Part shown: in pieces, positions 12,443 through 26,842 of the stretch
Numbering within the stretch: the stretch's first letter is position 1
How the letters are laid out: each line of letters begins with the position of its first letter
Assembly: GCA_012295275.1 (NCBI GenBank)
Contig: CM022674.1
Coordinates: 8,928,001-8,992,000, forward strand
Source: Chrysomallon squamiferum
Taxonomy: Eukaryota > Animalia > Mollusca
Direction: 5' to 3'
DNA length: 64,000 bases
The notes under the pieces: generated by a model
What the model was told of the DNA's origin: nothing
The model's input: the letters and a program-made list of their open reading frames with translations, nothing else
The model's database searches: none
Translations under genes and position numbers: made by a program

Positions 12443-15400
12443 ATGAACGCTTCTTATCTTATTTTAAAGGTAACATGTGTACATGATTGTAGCATTAATT
12501 GCTCGAAAAATAAATGTGTTAATGCCATAGGTTTATGGCATGCTAGAACAATTGCAGATATTTTTTTCATTACTCCTTCAGTCTGTGTGTGTTATTCTGT
12601 GGAAAACAAAAACAAAACAAGAAAAAGAAATAAATTAAATATAACAACAAAAACGCATTTACCAGTATGCAGTTATTTATATATATTTATGTAAAATATG
12701 TTGCTGTTTGTGTTTTTTTTAATTTTAAGGAAAATAACTTATCATCGGTTTAATTTTCATCAATATATTCATGATATTGATTCTTTATTTATTTGGATAC
12801 AGACATTTTGAATAATTAAGATCGATATACAATCTTCAGAAGTTGTTACTAAAAAGTGAAATATGAAATAAAAAGGTTGAAACCTAGCATTATTTGTAAA
12901 TAAATATATCGTTTGAAAGTGATGTTTAAATAAATACTTTTTTCTTCTTTCAGATCATTGTTGTTACCCATTTTATTCTAACACTGTGGTTAGTAGAGCA
13001 TATTTTTATTTCATTTACATAATTCTTTTAAACTTTAGACAGAAAAGAATCCTTAAATTTGGCAATTTATGTTTTTGTCTATGTAGTATATATGACCAGT
13101 TATGAAAGTAAACATTAAGTAAGTAAAGTCTTGTATGTTTAACTTGCCATTCTAAACTGCCTGAAGGTTTTTTTTTTATTATTATTATTTTTTTTTTTTT
13201 TAAATCAAGATAATAATTATATGTTTTTAGAAACTTTTGCTTAGCTTTCACCTCAGGTTTCCAAAATGATGAACATCACATATTTTCTGTAGAAATGGTT
13301 AATTTCTTAAACTATCATTATCTGAACTTCTATTTCAGTATTTTTTGTTTTAAATATTGTTTTGTATGATTAAACATTTTTTGTTCAAACTAAGGTGACA
13401 TTTTTTTCTTTTTCTGATTTAAAAATATCAAAACTCTGATTTAATTTAAGGATTCAGATATGTTCAAGAAGACAACAATAAGTTGAGGCTTATGTTGAAT
13501 ATACATAATAATTAAAATAGAAATAAAACTTTTTTTTTTTAGTCTTGTGTATTTTATGAATGATTTAGAGAATTACATAAACACACAATAATCTATATTA
13601 TTTGTATGCAGATAAACAAGTTTGTCTGGACTGCTTTGGAAATTTGCAAATTTTTACCTTATAAATGTGACTGAGTTAAAATGCTCTAATTTCAAAATGC
13701 ACCCAACACAGTTGTACTTTTTTTATACACTGCATTTCTAGATTTTCATTTACAGGGGAAGTATGTCACCATTTTACCTGCCACCATCTTACACATATAT
13801 GAATGCTTTCATGCTAGCATTTGGTTTCTGGGGTATAGTGAATCAACAGTCTTCGCAGCCTATTTTAATGGTAAGTACCAATAAGGATAAAATTGAAAAT
13901 GTGTTAAAAGAGTAGCTGTCCTTGATTTCCCTGTTACTGCTCATCTATAAATTAGTGGATTTTAAAAATAAATATTTAGTTTTTAATAGAAGATTATCAA
14001 CTATTATGAATATTTGTAATTATTTATTTTTTTTAACATAAATGACAACTGTAATAAAAATAATTTATGAAAATAAAGTTGCCCTTAACTACAATAAAAA
14101 GAAAGTAAATATTTTGAAATAAAATTAGTTAATAATATTTGTATTGCTTTCATCTGTTAAAATGTGATTATTATGATTTGTTTAATATTGTTTTGATTGT
14201 GTGTGTGTGTGTATGTTACTAATGGTTTATGGTTATAGTATTATTCAGTGTATGAAAACCATATTACTGTATATAAAATATATATTTCTTTTTCAGTTTT
14301 TGGTTTTACTGCTTTTTAGTTTCTTTCAAGATTGTATCTTTATTGGTATTTATCAACCTAGAAGTCATCAGAGTGTAGAACAGCCAAGTATTCCAAGTAC
14401 TTTTTCAAACAATATAATAATGTTTTTTAATGAAATCTATTTACTGTTTTTTTCCTGATTTAGTTCTTACCATTTTATCATTGTTCATTTTTAGTTTTAA
14501 CATATCAAAGGCTACAGAAAAAGAAAACTTAATAAATATCACACACATTAGGAATAAAGGTAGTGAAAAACCACAATAATGTTGAAATTATAGAAATATA
14601 AAAATATCTGTGTTTTGTAGATTTTATTTTAACTCCAGAAACTAGTTATTTTCAGTCCAACATCTGTTGACATTGACAGGTATTGATTGTCACTAAATCA
14701 TACAGTCACCTTAAATCACATGACAGGTTCACTGAGTGTAATAAAAGCAAAATGTCTTTGATCTACAATTGTAATATACCACTCTTTCTAATTATTTTAA
14801 CAACTTCATTAATATTTAATATCCTTGGTAATAGAAAGCGTGATGTTCAGATACTTTAATTATTTGGAAATAGAGGTTAAAAATTATAATAATCATTTTG
14901 TTATTAAAACAATTTGCATTATATTGTTAATTAATCTGTAAATGGTCTTTGCTATAAATTATAAATAATACTGTAAAAAATCTTTCAGTATTTTATTATT
15001 TTAATTTTTTGTGAAACTAATATTTCAACTGATTATACATGACCTAATTCATATTTCATTGCATTTTGACTGTGTCCAAAACTTACTCATTTGTTATATG
15101 TTTCTGTATAGGAAAAATTTGAAAGTGTTTTTTTTATTAACCTCACTGTTCTTCCTTGCACATTAATTTCTTTTAAAAAACAAAAACATTTCAAGATACC
15201 TAGATTTTTTCACTTTTTAATATTAAAATTTTTATTAATATTTATTTATATATCCTTGATAGTTACAAGACTTAATTAAAATAACTTTTGCTTTTCAGCT
15301 GGTGTCAAAAATGAATACAGATTCAGTTTGGGGTATCCTTTTGATTGCAAACACAACATTATATTGTGATTTTCTTCAAAACTAACATATGTACAGATAG

Positions 15401-16853
15401 ATCTTGAATCCCTGGAAATCTAGTAAAATTTAGACTAATTTAACTTGTGTGCCATGGGTACAGTATTAACAAAAATATGTAAACAGCATAATGTTTTTAT
15501 TTTAAAAAGAAATAATATTTTATTTATTAATGATACACTCTTATTGAAGAAATTTTATTTTTAAAATGATTTTAACAGTAAACAATATTTAATATTAGTG
15601 GATTAGTTTAAGAGAAATAAAACAGCATGTGATCAGAAATAATCCTAAAAAACATTATGGCAAATGTAAGAAATAGAGTTACCTTAACAGCTGTGCAAGA
15701 ATGTCTATTGTTAATCTGTTAATTAAGCCATTGTCTGGATTTCTGCTGTACAGAATTATGAAGTCTCGTGATGATACAAGTGATATCAATATTCCTGGCA
15801 TCAGTAACCTACCAGGCTTTAGTAAGTTTTGTGAAAAAAGTAATCTGTTTTTCTACTGTACATTTCTGTTTTGTACTTTAAAGAATTTGATTTATGATTA
15901 AATTTTATTCATATTTTGGTTCAGGTAGAATTTATCTCAGATTCATATATATTCACCAACAGAATTTGTTTTTAATCCAGAATTTATTTATATAATTTTA
16001 AATTTTTTTATTAGGGCTAAAAACATTCAGCTATTTTGAGTTTAAATTTTGAGAATCAACCGTCTCAAATATTAGAGTTTAAAATCATGTTTCCTATAAA
16101 CCCATACACATGTTAAGCTCCACCTATATCGTAGCTAACAAAAAAGACTAAACTAAGCAGGCAGCCATACTTCTGTGCAATATTATTGGCAGACATGACA
16201 CTGACACTGATGTCAGTCATTTGATTCCAAAAGATGACCAAACAAATCATTCAAGGATAGGCACAGATCAGAATGATAGAAGACAGATGCCTGTGAAGAC
16301 AGCAGTGCATCGTGTCCACTATGGAGAGTCAGCTGTGTGCTGTAGGATAAGCGCTTGAAGATCAGTCAGAGCACACTGGCACATAAAGACTTGGAGAGGA
16401 GTAAATGGTCAATTCCTGCAGCACACAGTGGATGACTGAATTTAAGTTTAGAAACACAGCTGAAAAAAACATAACTCTCTGAATTGTCAGATTGTTTTGT
16501 CAGCAGTTATTTGACAGATGTTAATTTTCATGTTACTTGTTAGAGTATACCAAATTCTTTGATAGCTCAATATAATCGCAAGTGGTCTTTTTTTTCATTT
16601 TTTTAAATATTATCTATTGCATTGTACAAAATGGCAAGACTGTCAGTGAAAATATTGGGTGGTGCTTAACTTTTGTGCTGTGTAAATTTAATCTGTTAGT
16701 ATCAGTATGCATCTTTTAATATTTTATATTAATTTTTTATTTTTTTATTTTTATACATTAGGTGGTAATGGTAATCCATATGAAAACATAGATAATCCAG
16801 GTCCATATCACAGTAATGTGGAAACAGCTGGTGAATCAGTTGTTCAGCCATAA
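12443..16853 (+). CDS. AGTRAP: Type-1 angiotensin II receptor-associated protein homolog: join(12443..12469,12954..12988,13756..13870,14297..14387 [or ..14396],15299..15332,15700..15821,16762..16853), 171 or 174 aa
   Basis: Spliced translation: MNASYLILK/IIVVTHFILTLW/GSMSPFYLPPSYTYMNAFMLAFGFWGIVNQQSSQPILM/FLVLLLFSFFQDCIFIGIYQPR.../TGVKNEYRFSLG/MSIVNLLIKPLSGFLLYRIMKSR.../...NPYENID...QP*. It aligns by eye with AGTRAP motifs (LKVIxxxHWxLTTW, SYxWxN, GxW, DIxxIxIFYP, RFxxGMAILxLLLKPLS, YQTID). Confidence 0.92.
15333..15699 (+). other. U12-type (minor spliceosome) GT-AG intron in AGTRAP
   Basis: The 5' site is GTATCCTTTT and the branch-like TTACCTTAAC at 15679-15688 ends ~11 nt before the intron end. 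There is no polypyrimidine tract, and splicing restores RFSLG|MSIVNLL. Confidence 0.88.
16112..16670. mobile_element. Possible decayed repeat insertion in the last AGTRAP intron, bounded by an imperfect inverted repeat
   Basis: The block is GC-richer than its surroundings. GTTAAGCTCCACCTATAT (16112) is an imperfect inverted match to ATATTGGGTGGTGCTTAAC (16652-16670). The interior has only faint retroelement-like peptide traces. Confidence 0.3.
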
Positions 16854-19517
16854 ATAAGCAACATTACCATTCATAACACATGAAGACTAGACATTTATTT
16901 CTTACACATTTTTAATCATTGTAAATTTTTAATATACTCGCATTTGCTGGATTTCAAAATTTTAAACATTGATTTATCTACAGTATGAGCAATATGTAAC
17001 CTCTGAATGCACTGTTAATTATAAATTAGTAGTTCTTAAGTTGCTTTTTGTTTTAATCTTTGTACAGACTTCTAAAATTACATTTCATAATTTGTTTTCA
17101 TTTTACCTACGTCATATTATTCAATTTATTACATTTATGTTTACAGTTGTATGAAAATATTTTTTCAGTCTATTCACAAACGTGTTCCTGCATTACACAA
17201 TTTTTGTTATAGCTTGCATAGCAATATTTATTTCATCTGAAAATGTGTACTGAAATAGGCATTATATCATACATTCCATAATGTTGTTCTGTGTCACCAT
17301 TAGTTTGTAATGACATCTTACTCTGTTCTTTAAACTTTGGAGTCAGTTTAACATACACACATATACAGAAATCTAAGTTTCAATTTAAAACATTTCTCTC
17401 CCATTGATTTTTTAATGTTATGATTTTCACTGTCTATGCAGTTCTGAATAAAGGTGCTGTGACTGTGTTGATATTGTGCCTCCACAAACTCTCACTGGTT
17501 TTCATAAAGGGTGACAGATCTTTTTATGGGTTTGTTACATAGGATTTGGTTTCATTGGCTGTTGTTTTTGTTTTTCTGTTAATTTGTTTTATCTGTTTAT
17601 TGATTGTTTGTTTTACAATTATTCCTTTTCCCATACTTAGACTAGATAACTTTTTAAATGCTTTTATTTTTTTTATTTTGATATAAAAATTATCAAAATT
17701 TCTGGTAAAAAAAATAATTTCAGAAGCAAATTAAATAAAACTTACTTTCCTGATATTTGTAAAAACAATAGTTTGATTATAATAAGGTAAAAATATAATT
17801 TATATTTTTTTCCTGTATAAGAATTTTACTAGGTTTGTCAAAATTACAATTACTACCTGTATAAATATTAGCTGTAGTGATGCATTACATATCATCTAAT
17901 AGTTGTTTAAAAATGTTAAAAATTTGTGCAATAAATATATACATACAAACACTGTGATAGTATTTTTACTGATTATGTACCATTAATAATAACAACATTT
18001 ATGTGATCAACTTGGAAATCAGGAGTCAAATTTGTAATAACGCTTAAGAAAAGTGATTATAAAAACTACAAGTTGTTGTGATGATAAAAGCTCCCTTTTA
18101 TACTCACAGGTTTAACAGATGGACACAAGTTTTTAAAACTACTGAATTTAAATAAATTCTTTTAAATATATATTACACTTAATGGACAGCGTTTAAAGAT
18201 AAAAAAGTGAATTTAATTCATTTAAAATAATAATACAAATGAACAGAAGTCTGAAATTGAATTTTTCATTTCATGCAAGTAATTAAACAACAGGTTTTTA
18301 TTTCATTGTGAAAAGTCATGATTATCATCAGTTACATGAAGAAGAAAAGACACTGACAAGTAATATTTTGTTTAAAACAGAAGTTTATATTTTTGATTGT
18401 TCAGCAACATCATATTTGAAAAAAAGTTATTTCAGTAATTGCCAAAATTTAAAATAAAAAAACAAAGCAGTCAGTCATTTTAATTTATATATTCTTTTAT
18501 GTAAGATTATTACTAAAATAATTGGTTTATTATCTCCAGATTATGAGTGTTCTATTAGAAAATTCCAGCTAGGGCTTCTTTGTAATATATTAGTGTATAT
18601 AATCTTGCTGCTAACTATATAATTTAAAATCACAGGTAACTGCTTTTTCTTATCCTAATATTTTTATTACATTAAACAACAGTTTTAATCACTTTTGTAT
18701 ATTCTGAATCTTCTTTATCTATTTTGCAAAACAAACTTAACATAACAATATTTCAACATGGAGATATATTTAAAATTAACACTTAACATACTTCATCACT
18801 TAATAACATCACAATAATCTGCATTATAAAATAAATAACTTGTATAATGAAAATGTTTCTAGATTTTAATAATAATAAAAAAAGCTTTGCCAACTTATTT
18901 TTGTTTTTATCTTAATAATATCAGAAACAATTGTCAGTTACTGTAAGTCTAAATAAAGGTCTCAGCTACTGTTTTTCAAAACAGATTTAACAGTGTGTGG
19001 TGTTTTGTACGTACACACCCACACCCACACCCATTCATAATGTAAAAGAAACTAAGCCAAAGTGTATTTCAAACATGTACAACCACCATCTAGAATCAAA
19101 AACATTTTTAAAATTATATTTTTTTAGATAACTTTGGTGCAAAGTAGTTTCATTACACTTAGAGTACTTTTTTCTTTGAAGAACTTTGCTAATCATTGTA
19201 GTACACATTTCCTCATTAAAATGGTTTTTTTTTACTTTAGTCCCAGATTTGTTGTATTCAGTGGGTTAATTCTATTCTTATTCATCTTTGCTGAAAGAAC
19301 CAACCATTCATTTCTGCAACACTATGATCTCTACCAATCTGTTTTTAAAAATTATTAAACCTAGCTTCTTGATTCATAAGGAACAGATGAAATTGTTTGT
19401 TTTTTTGGTTGGGGGCATGTGTTTTGGATGGAATTCAGGTTTGTTTTACTATAGTTTTTAATTCTTTTATCTGTTCGGAATGTAAGACATATGGAAAGAC
19501 TGTTATTAAAAAGCATG

Positions 19518-21332
19518 TCAAGAATGCATTCCAAACTCCTTATTGAGTATTTCAAGGTCACTTTTATCACAAGCCTCATACAGGTCTGGTCGACCCATTA
19601 GAGACAAAGTCATTCTGAGAGTGGACCAGATGTTGTTAGACATCACAGATTTTGTTCCTGAAGGACCTCGACTTTGTTCTTGCATATTTAAAGCTGTTAG
19701 AAAATGTTCCACTGCTTCTCTGTAGAGTAAAAATTAAAAAATTACTTATTACATCCTTCTCTTTCATTTACTAATCAGTAGTTAACAAAAAAGAAAAGAA
19801 AGACCCTGACTTGTTTTGTATCAAGAACAAAGAAAAAACCCAAATAAATGAAGAGTACAGTTACTGGTAGGAAATATAAAATAAAATAAATTTAGATTAG
19901 TCTTCTGTAAACAAAAAAGAGAGACAAACAAATCACATTAGGAACTGATGTTTGACAACAGTAAGAAACCACAAAAAAAAGTACTAATGATATTTCTTTA
20001 CATTATTTCAAGTGAAGATGTACTACTTACCTATGTGCTCCAAGATTGATACAAGCAATGCCTAGATTATATCGTGACCGAATGAAGCCAGGTGAAATTT
20101 GCAGTGCATTGTGATATGCATCTACTGCTTCTTCACTGCGGTTACCATTTGCAAGAGTAGCACCAAGTCTGTTCCATAGCAGAGCATCCTGGTAATAGAG
20201 TGTCATGTATCTTGTAGTTATATTCATTCTTAAAAACTAGAAAGGGGTTTTGTTACTGTTAATTACACAAATGTTAAAATAACTTTTAAGTGCTTCTTTT
20301 AAGCATGGATTGGTAATAAATAGTTTGTGTAATTATATTAAAATTTTAATATACTGTAAATTAATTAAAATCATTTCACTATGTTAAATTAACAAAAAAA
20401 CAAAATTTACTGTAAAAAGAAATCAAACCACTAGTGTTTTTGACATTGGTAAAAAAAAATAAAAAATAAAAGTATTTCTTTCCACCAAATATGCATTGAT
20501 AAATTTACATTACCTTTGGTTTAACTTGAAGTGCTGCAGTAAAACAATCCACTGCTTTGTTGTATTCTCCACTTAGGTTAAAGAGAATGCCAAGACAGCT
20601 CTGTTAAATGTAAAAAAACAAAAGAAGATATATCTGCAGCCAGCAAGGATTACCCTAAATGCCAATAAACCCTTAATAACAAATAATATATTTAGGATCA
20701 ATAAAAACATTTAAAGTCAGTCACTGACTAAAGATAAAATTATAGATTAAAAAAAAAAAAGAATTATATATATCTCAATGGTTTTTAGTATCAAAGGCAA
20801 TGTCTCAATGAACATTTGGAACCTGTTACTAAGTCCAGTATTTTATATTTTCATTCATATTGCTTTTATCTGTTTACCTGCACATCTGCATCTATCTGGC
20901 CTGGAGGAGACAATCTAACAGCTTGGAGGTAGAGGTCACTTATAGCACTATATTCATCACTGCAATAAGAAAAATAGCTCATTCATTCAGCTGTAAATTA
21001 TAAAAAGATACATACAAAATAGCAATGACTAGACAAATTTCTACTGTAAACATTTAGTTATGTTAAAAAAAAGACAGACTTACTGGCTCATAAAGGATGA
21101 TATGATTGGAGTTTTCTGTAGGTTTTCTCTGACTAGATGAGAATATTTGGGGTTGTGTTTGAGCCAGGACTTTAAGGCATGGCAGGCATGTGAGCCAAGA
21201 GACTCATTTGTGTAACTGACAGAAAGAGACAACCATGCTGTCAGATTTTCTGGTGACAAGTCAAGGCACCTAAAACAAAGATAAATAAACAGAAAATAAT
21301 TACCACTAATTCTGAAGATAAGTTTAGGAGGT

Positions 21333-21370
<38 letters not shown>

Positions 21371-24300
21371 TTTAATTCAGATTTTTGAAAACAAGTAATA
21401 AGAAAGAAAACTACAAAACAAGATAAAACTAATATTCATTCATTGAAATCAAACAACTCTTACTGTCAGGAAAATCTCTGATTGTACAATAACAGTAAAT
21501 AGAAGAGAAGACACTTACTTCTTAAGAGCAGCAATTGCAGCAGGCTCATTTTCATTTTCTGCCTGTGTAGTGCCAAGGTACTGCCAGGCCTGAAATCACC
21601 AAACATTTCTTTAAAAAAAATTAAGTTTGCTGACATTATATTTTTAACTAATGCCTCCTCATTCCTTTATTCCACAAATATTACTAATGTTATTGACAAA
21701 AAAAACAAGACACTGTAATAATTTTAATTTTTTTTTTTAATACTTAAATAACATGAACATCTGCATTAAAAGATATTTTTACTATTGTTAACATGTTTTT
21801 CTTAATATATTTTTCCTACTGTCAGTGTTACTATTAATTCAGTTTTATATTTCTGCAATAATCATCAGCTTTTTAAAAAAAATATAGGTAACACACCATC
21901 CTTGAATTATTATAAAAAGCAGTTTCAATACTACACATGGTTTTTAAAAGGTTTATAATTAACAACATTACATTATAGCTGCTATATATTACCTGAATAG
22001 AAATGTAATCCATATTTTACATACCTCCATATGCATTTCATCTTTCTGAGCAGCAGCCTCAAACAACAACACAGCATTAGGTATGTCTCCTTGTTCTAGT
22101 TTCTTCAAACCTTCCTCAAATGGGTTAGGGTGATCAAGAAGCGGATTGTTCTCTTCAAATTTATATTCCTTTAAAAAATATAAAAGATAAAATGGGAAAG
22201 TAGCAAATTACATTTTTTTAAATATTAGATAATCAATGAATATATTATGTGTGTAACAGACAAAGGAAACAAAAGAAAACATATCTAAATAATACAAATT
22301 TAAATAATAAAAATATAAGTATTAAATGGAAACTTAGTTATTTATATTTAAACTAATATATTATTCTCTTTCACTGAAAAAAAGTCTACTAAAATTCAAA
22401 TAAAATTAAAAACGGATTAGTTTCAATTTACAATTTTCAAATGCTCTTAACAGTACTGCTGAAATGACAAAACAGAATTCTACAATCTAAAGCACAGAGG
22501 AATAATAATTCTTAAAAACACAACATACATTATCACAAAAAAAGAAGAAATAATAATGAATGTCTCAAACCTTAAATGGGTCAGACTGATCAAATTCTGT
22601 AAGCCACGGGTGTCTATCTCCCATAGAATTTGCACTGAAAAGAATAAGACTGATTACTTGTTTATAACATGCTCTGTACTTACTACCATGATCAGTCACA
22701 TTCTGAATGGATCATACTGACAATAGCTATAATCTTTTTTTCTACTCAAGAAGCCACAAAATAATTAAAAGAAAATGAAAAAAAAATGAAAAATTCAAAA
22801 TATTCTATGAGAAAAGTTTGTAATGTTATAAATATAAAGGTTTGACACAATTAGAGCACAGATTCAAGAGATGCCACTACTGAAAAATATAAACTGCAAG
22901 ACATCTTTATATAAACTGCAATAAATATTAAATAACAATTATAAACAAGTTGCCTGGTTTAGACAATATTGCAGGCCATCATATAACAGTGGTCATTTAA
23001 AAACTAATTTATCATATAAAAAAACAATTAGTCATACCTATCTACATCTTCCCAGTTTTTCTGAAGATTTGCCCAGAATTCATCACTTTCTTGATTGGAA
23101 GAGAATTCTGAAAACTCCTCAGCCCAGCGGTCTGTTAAACTCTTGTCAGCCTGCAACACACAGGATCATATTAACATTTAATTTAAATACAATCAGAAAT
23201 AAACAAACAAAACATAAGAACTGTATAAAGACAAAAGACTGAAACATTAAAAAAAAAAAAAAAAAAAAAAAAGAAATAATTTGATTAACAAAATTTGAAA
23301 CAGCTTTTTTATCGATCCCTAAGTATGCAGATCATGGCAAAACACATCAAAATATTCATGCAGCCTAACATGACAGAAAATATCAGGTGTAACAGTTCTG
23401 TCAAAACACTGTCACAAATATGTAAGTGGCTACACCAATCATTATAGCTCACCTCCTCACTAACAAACTGATGTGCCCAATCTTCTGACCTTTGCTGTGG
23501 TGATTTTTCTACCACTTTGTTATCTTTTATTGTTATTTCACCATCACCTATCCGCTTTACAAACTTCATAAACTGTGGACAAAGTGTTTGTAATTAACTT
23601 TCACTTTTACTCTTCAAAAAAAAAGAAATCAAATGATTTTCATAATTACCTATTTTAGTTTAATAAAAGTTAAATATTTTCTAATTATTTAAGACATATG
23701 GATACTCATTCAAATAATAAACTGAGGACATACATTCTATATTTAATCATTATGAAGTCATATTTTGTTTCTTCAAAATGGATGTACTGAGAATTGTTGT
23801 CAATACCATGAAACAAAAGTCAGGATGTTAGCAAGCAGATTATACAATAATAATAACTAGCTGAAAATTTAAATAATCAAGTGAACTACATTAAAATTGA
23901 CTGTTATTTTAAAAGAATGATATCATGCAACATTTATTTCCCTTGACATGTCAGTGCAATTCCCCAATGGCAACTTGTGTAACAGAAAAAAGGAACAAAA
24001 GACAAATTTAAATAATGAAAATATTAAATAAAAACTTAGTATTTATATTTAAATTAATACATAACTCCTCTTACTAAAAAAATATTGCAGTTAACCTCTC
24101 TTTGTCAGTCTAACATTATTCAAGTGAAATTTAAAACTCATCTGTTTTTATTTTTTTAAGAAAATTTTAATAATTAAAATAAAGATAAAACTGATGTTTA
24201 TATAGTGCAGTTTCTATTAACAATGTTCAAATGCAATTAACAACACTGCTGAACTGACACAATAAAAATTCAAAAATTTTAGACACACAGGAATAATAAC

Positions 24301-26811
24301 ACTAAATTGCAAACTTTAGACTGATTGTACATACTGTTCAAATGTAATATTAGTGTATTGATTTAAAACACCTGACATTTTGAAATTCTCTAACTGATTC
24401 TAGGGCACATAATGGGAAAGCATGATCACAACAACAGATATGATGGTAGACCACATAACAGAATACTGCAGTAATGTAGGTGTGAAATTATCAGTGACTG
24501 AACGAACTGTGTGATAAAATGCCAATATTCAATTTTTGTGGACTTGGGCTGTCATCAAATATAATGCATCAAATATGACTTCAAGATTGTGTAGGGCCAT
24601 CAGCTATGTGGATTTGCATACAGGAACAGATAAAAGTGTACTGTTATATACTTAGAAAGCTATTTTAATTACTTTAATTTAAATTATGTATTAACATTAT
24701 TTAAATTATTTCACAAAATTAATTTATATGCTTTATATAATCTTATAAATCTTTAATCATTTATATTAATTATAAAAACAAATTGTTTTTTACTATATAT
24801 TTTAAAAAATAAAATAATAAAGATATAGCTTTCTAAGTTGCTAGATACTTATATTCTCACCTCAGAATTACTAAATTTGGGATCATCTATAGAACCTAAG
24901 AGACTGTTTGCTGTTTTCTCAAGATCCCCATCATTTGAATGGAACTCATCTATCCACTTAGAGTCATCCAAAATTTCTTTGTTGTACTCATCCACCCTAC
25001 AGGATTGCACAAATATACAATAATTATCATTTAAGCATAATTTTGATAATGTAACTTTTTTATTTATTTAGAAATTATTAACCTTCCTGGATGTATTTAT
25101 TTAAAAATCATTACAATGGAATATTTACCAAGGTTTGTGTTCTTCTGACTGTTCAAGATATTCTTTGGCCCATTTCATATCAGATGGTGCTGTGTGATGT
25201 TCTGCTGTAAACTCTCTGACCCAGTTATCTTGATCAGAATTATTGTCTGTCATGAACTCAGCTGTCCAGTCACCGGCAACAGCTAGATCTGCAATAGCAG
25301 GTGCTACAAAATTTAAAAAAAAAATTAAACTGTTAAAAAGAATACATATAATAAATACAAAGAAAAAAATGTATCAAAGACTGTAGGATATGCTTTGCTG
25401 TTCAAGACATTACAGTTAACCAATGAAAAACAGTGAGAGTAGGTTTCCTTACATAGATCAGTATATACAAAACACGACACATAACAACAACAGTTTTAAT
25501 TAAACTAACATTCATACTAATAACTGAAAATAGTAATTAGAAAATAGCTATAATTTTAGTAAGATTAAAAGGAAAAGAAAATTTTCTTCAATCTGATGAT
25601 TTACAAATTTAAAAATAACATTCATAATTGACTGTATTGACTTACCTCTGTTTGGAGGATGTCTGTATTCTGCCTCCTCTATTTCTCGCATTTCTTGAAG
25701 GAGGCTACCCATGTGAAATGTCTGTGGTGCAATAGCTGTTTGGTGGCCAGACAGAAATTCATTTACTAACTGGAATTAGAAAAAAGATACTCACATAATT
25801 TGTGTCAGTCAAAGAATTACAATCACCTGCATATTTACATATCTGTATATGTATGTACATGTGGGTGTGTTTTATAAAAATCATCACTTTCATTTCATAT
25901 TTACTTATATGAAATCTTCAGAAACAGTCCTTTCTTTTATTATAAACATGTTTAAAAAAATCAATCAGGTAAAAAAGCTCTGCAATTCTAACTATAAAAC
26001 TTAACTGATTAATTATCTCTTTCATTTACTTCTTTACATACCTCATCTGAAGTTTCAGTTGTTATAGGAATAGAGCTCTGAAAGAAACATGATAAATATT
26101 ATACATTTTTAAAATTAACTATTTGACAAGGTACATTATTTTTAAAAAAACTTACCAAGAAATCTGAGAATAAGAAAGAACATTGCAACAAGAACAAAAT
26201 CCTCTTTTTCAGCTATGTTTGTTTTATTTGATATGTTTTATTTCTGCTTAGCAAAGATTCCCAAAATTTCAAATTAACCTACTGAGCACTGGTGTGCAGA
26301 TGGGGGGTGAGTAGCTGTGGCCTCAGGAATCCAAAGGGTGGGGCATCCAATCAGAGAAAAGAACTTAATAAATTTGGTTGATTTATATTTAAATTGAATA
26401 AAGTTTTTATTTTATGTTTCATCTGTGGTTACATATTCAAAATATCTTTCTTTCTCATAATATTTCTCAATACTAGGCTTTATACTCAAGTCTTTGGGGT
26501 ACACAATCAAGAAGTGGGCCCACGCTTCACCAGACCTCTGCATGCCACTGCCAGTGAGTAACAATATACTGACATCTCTTTTCAAACTTTTCTAATATAA
26601 TGTTTTATTTATATTTATTATTATTACTATTTTGTTTTTAGCTTGATCTGACATACTGATGAATATAGGCAGAAATGTATATACCTGCAGTGGATGATCT
26701 CCAGGTGGACGAAAACCCTCCTGTAAAATAAATTAATGCTGATTATTAAAGAAATTAAGACTCACATTATGAGTAAGCATTATCACATAAAAATAAATCT
26801 ATCAAAAAAAA

Positions 26812-26842
<31 letters not shown>

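Noticed and set aside
13266-13325. C/D-box snoRNA (ATGATGA...CTGA) in an AGTRAP intron
   Set aside because: It is short, has no terminal stem or recognisable guide, and such motifs are expected by chance in AT-rich DNA.
24380-24640. Gypsy RNase H-like trace (KYDFKIV) in a PEX5 intron
   Set aside because: The match is only about seven residues, too weak to call.
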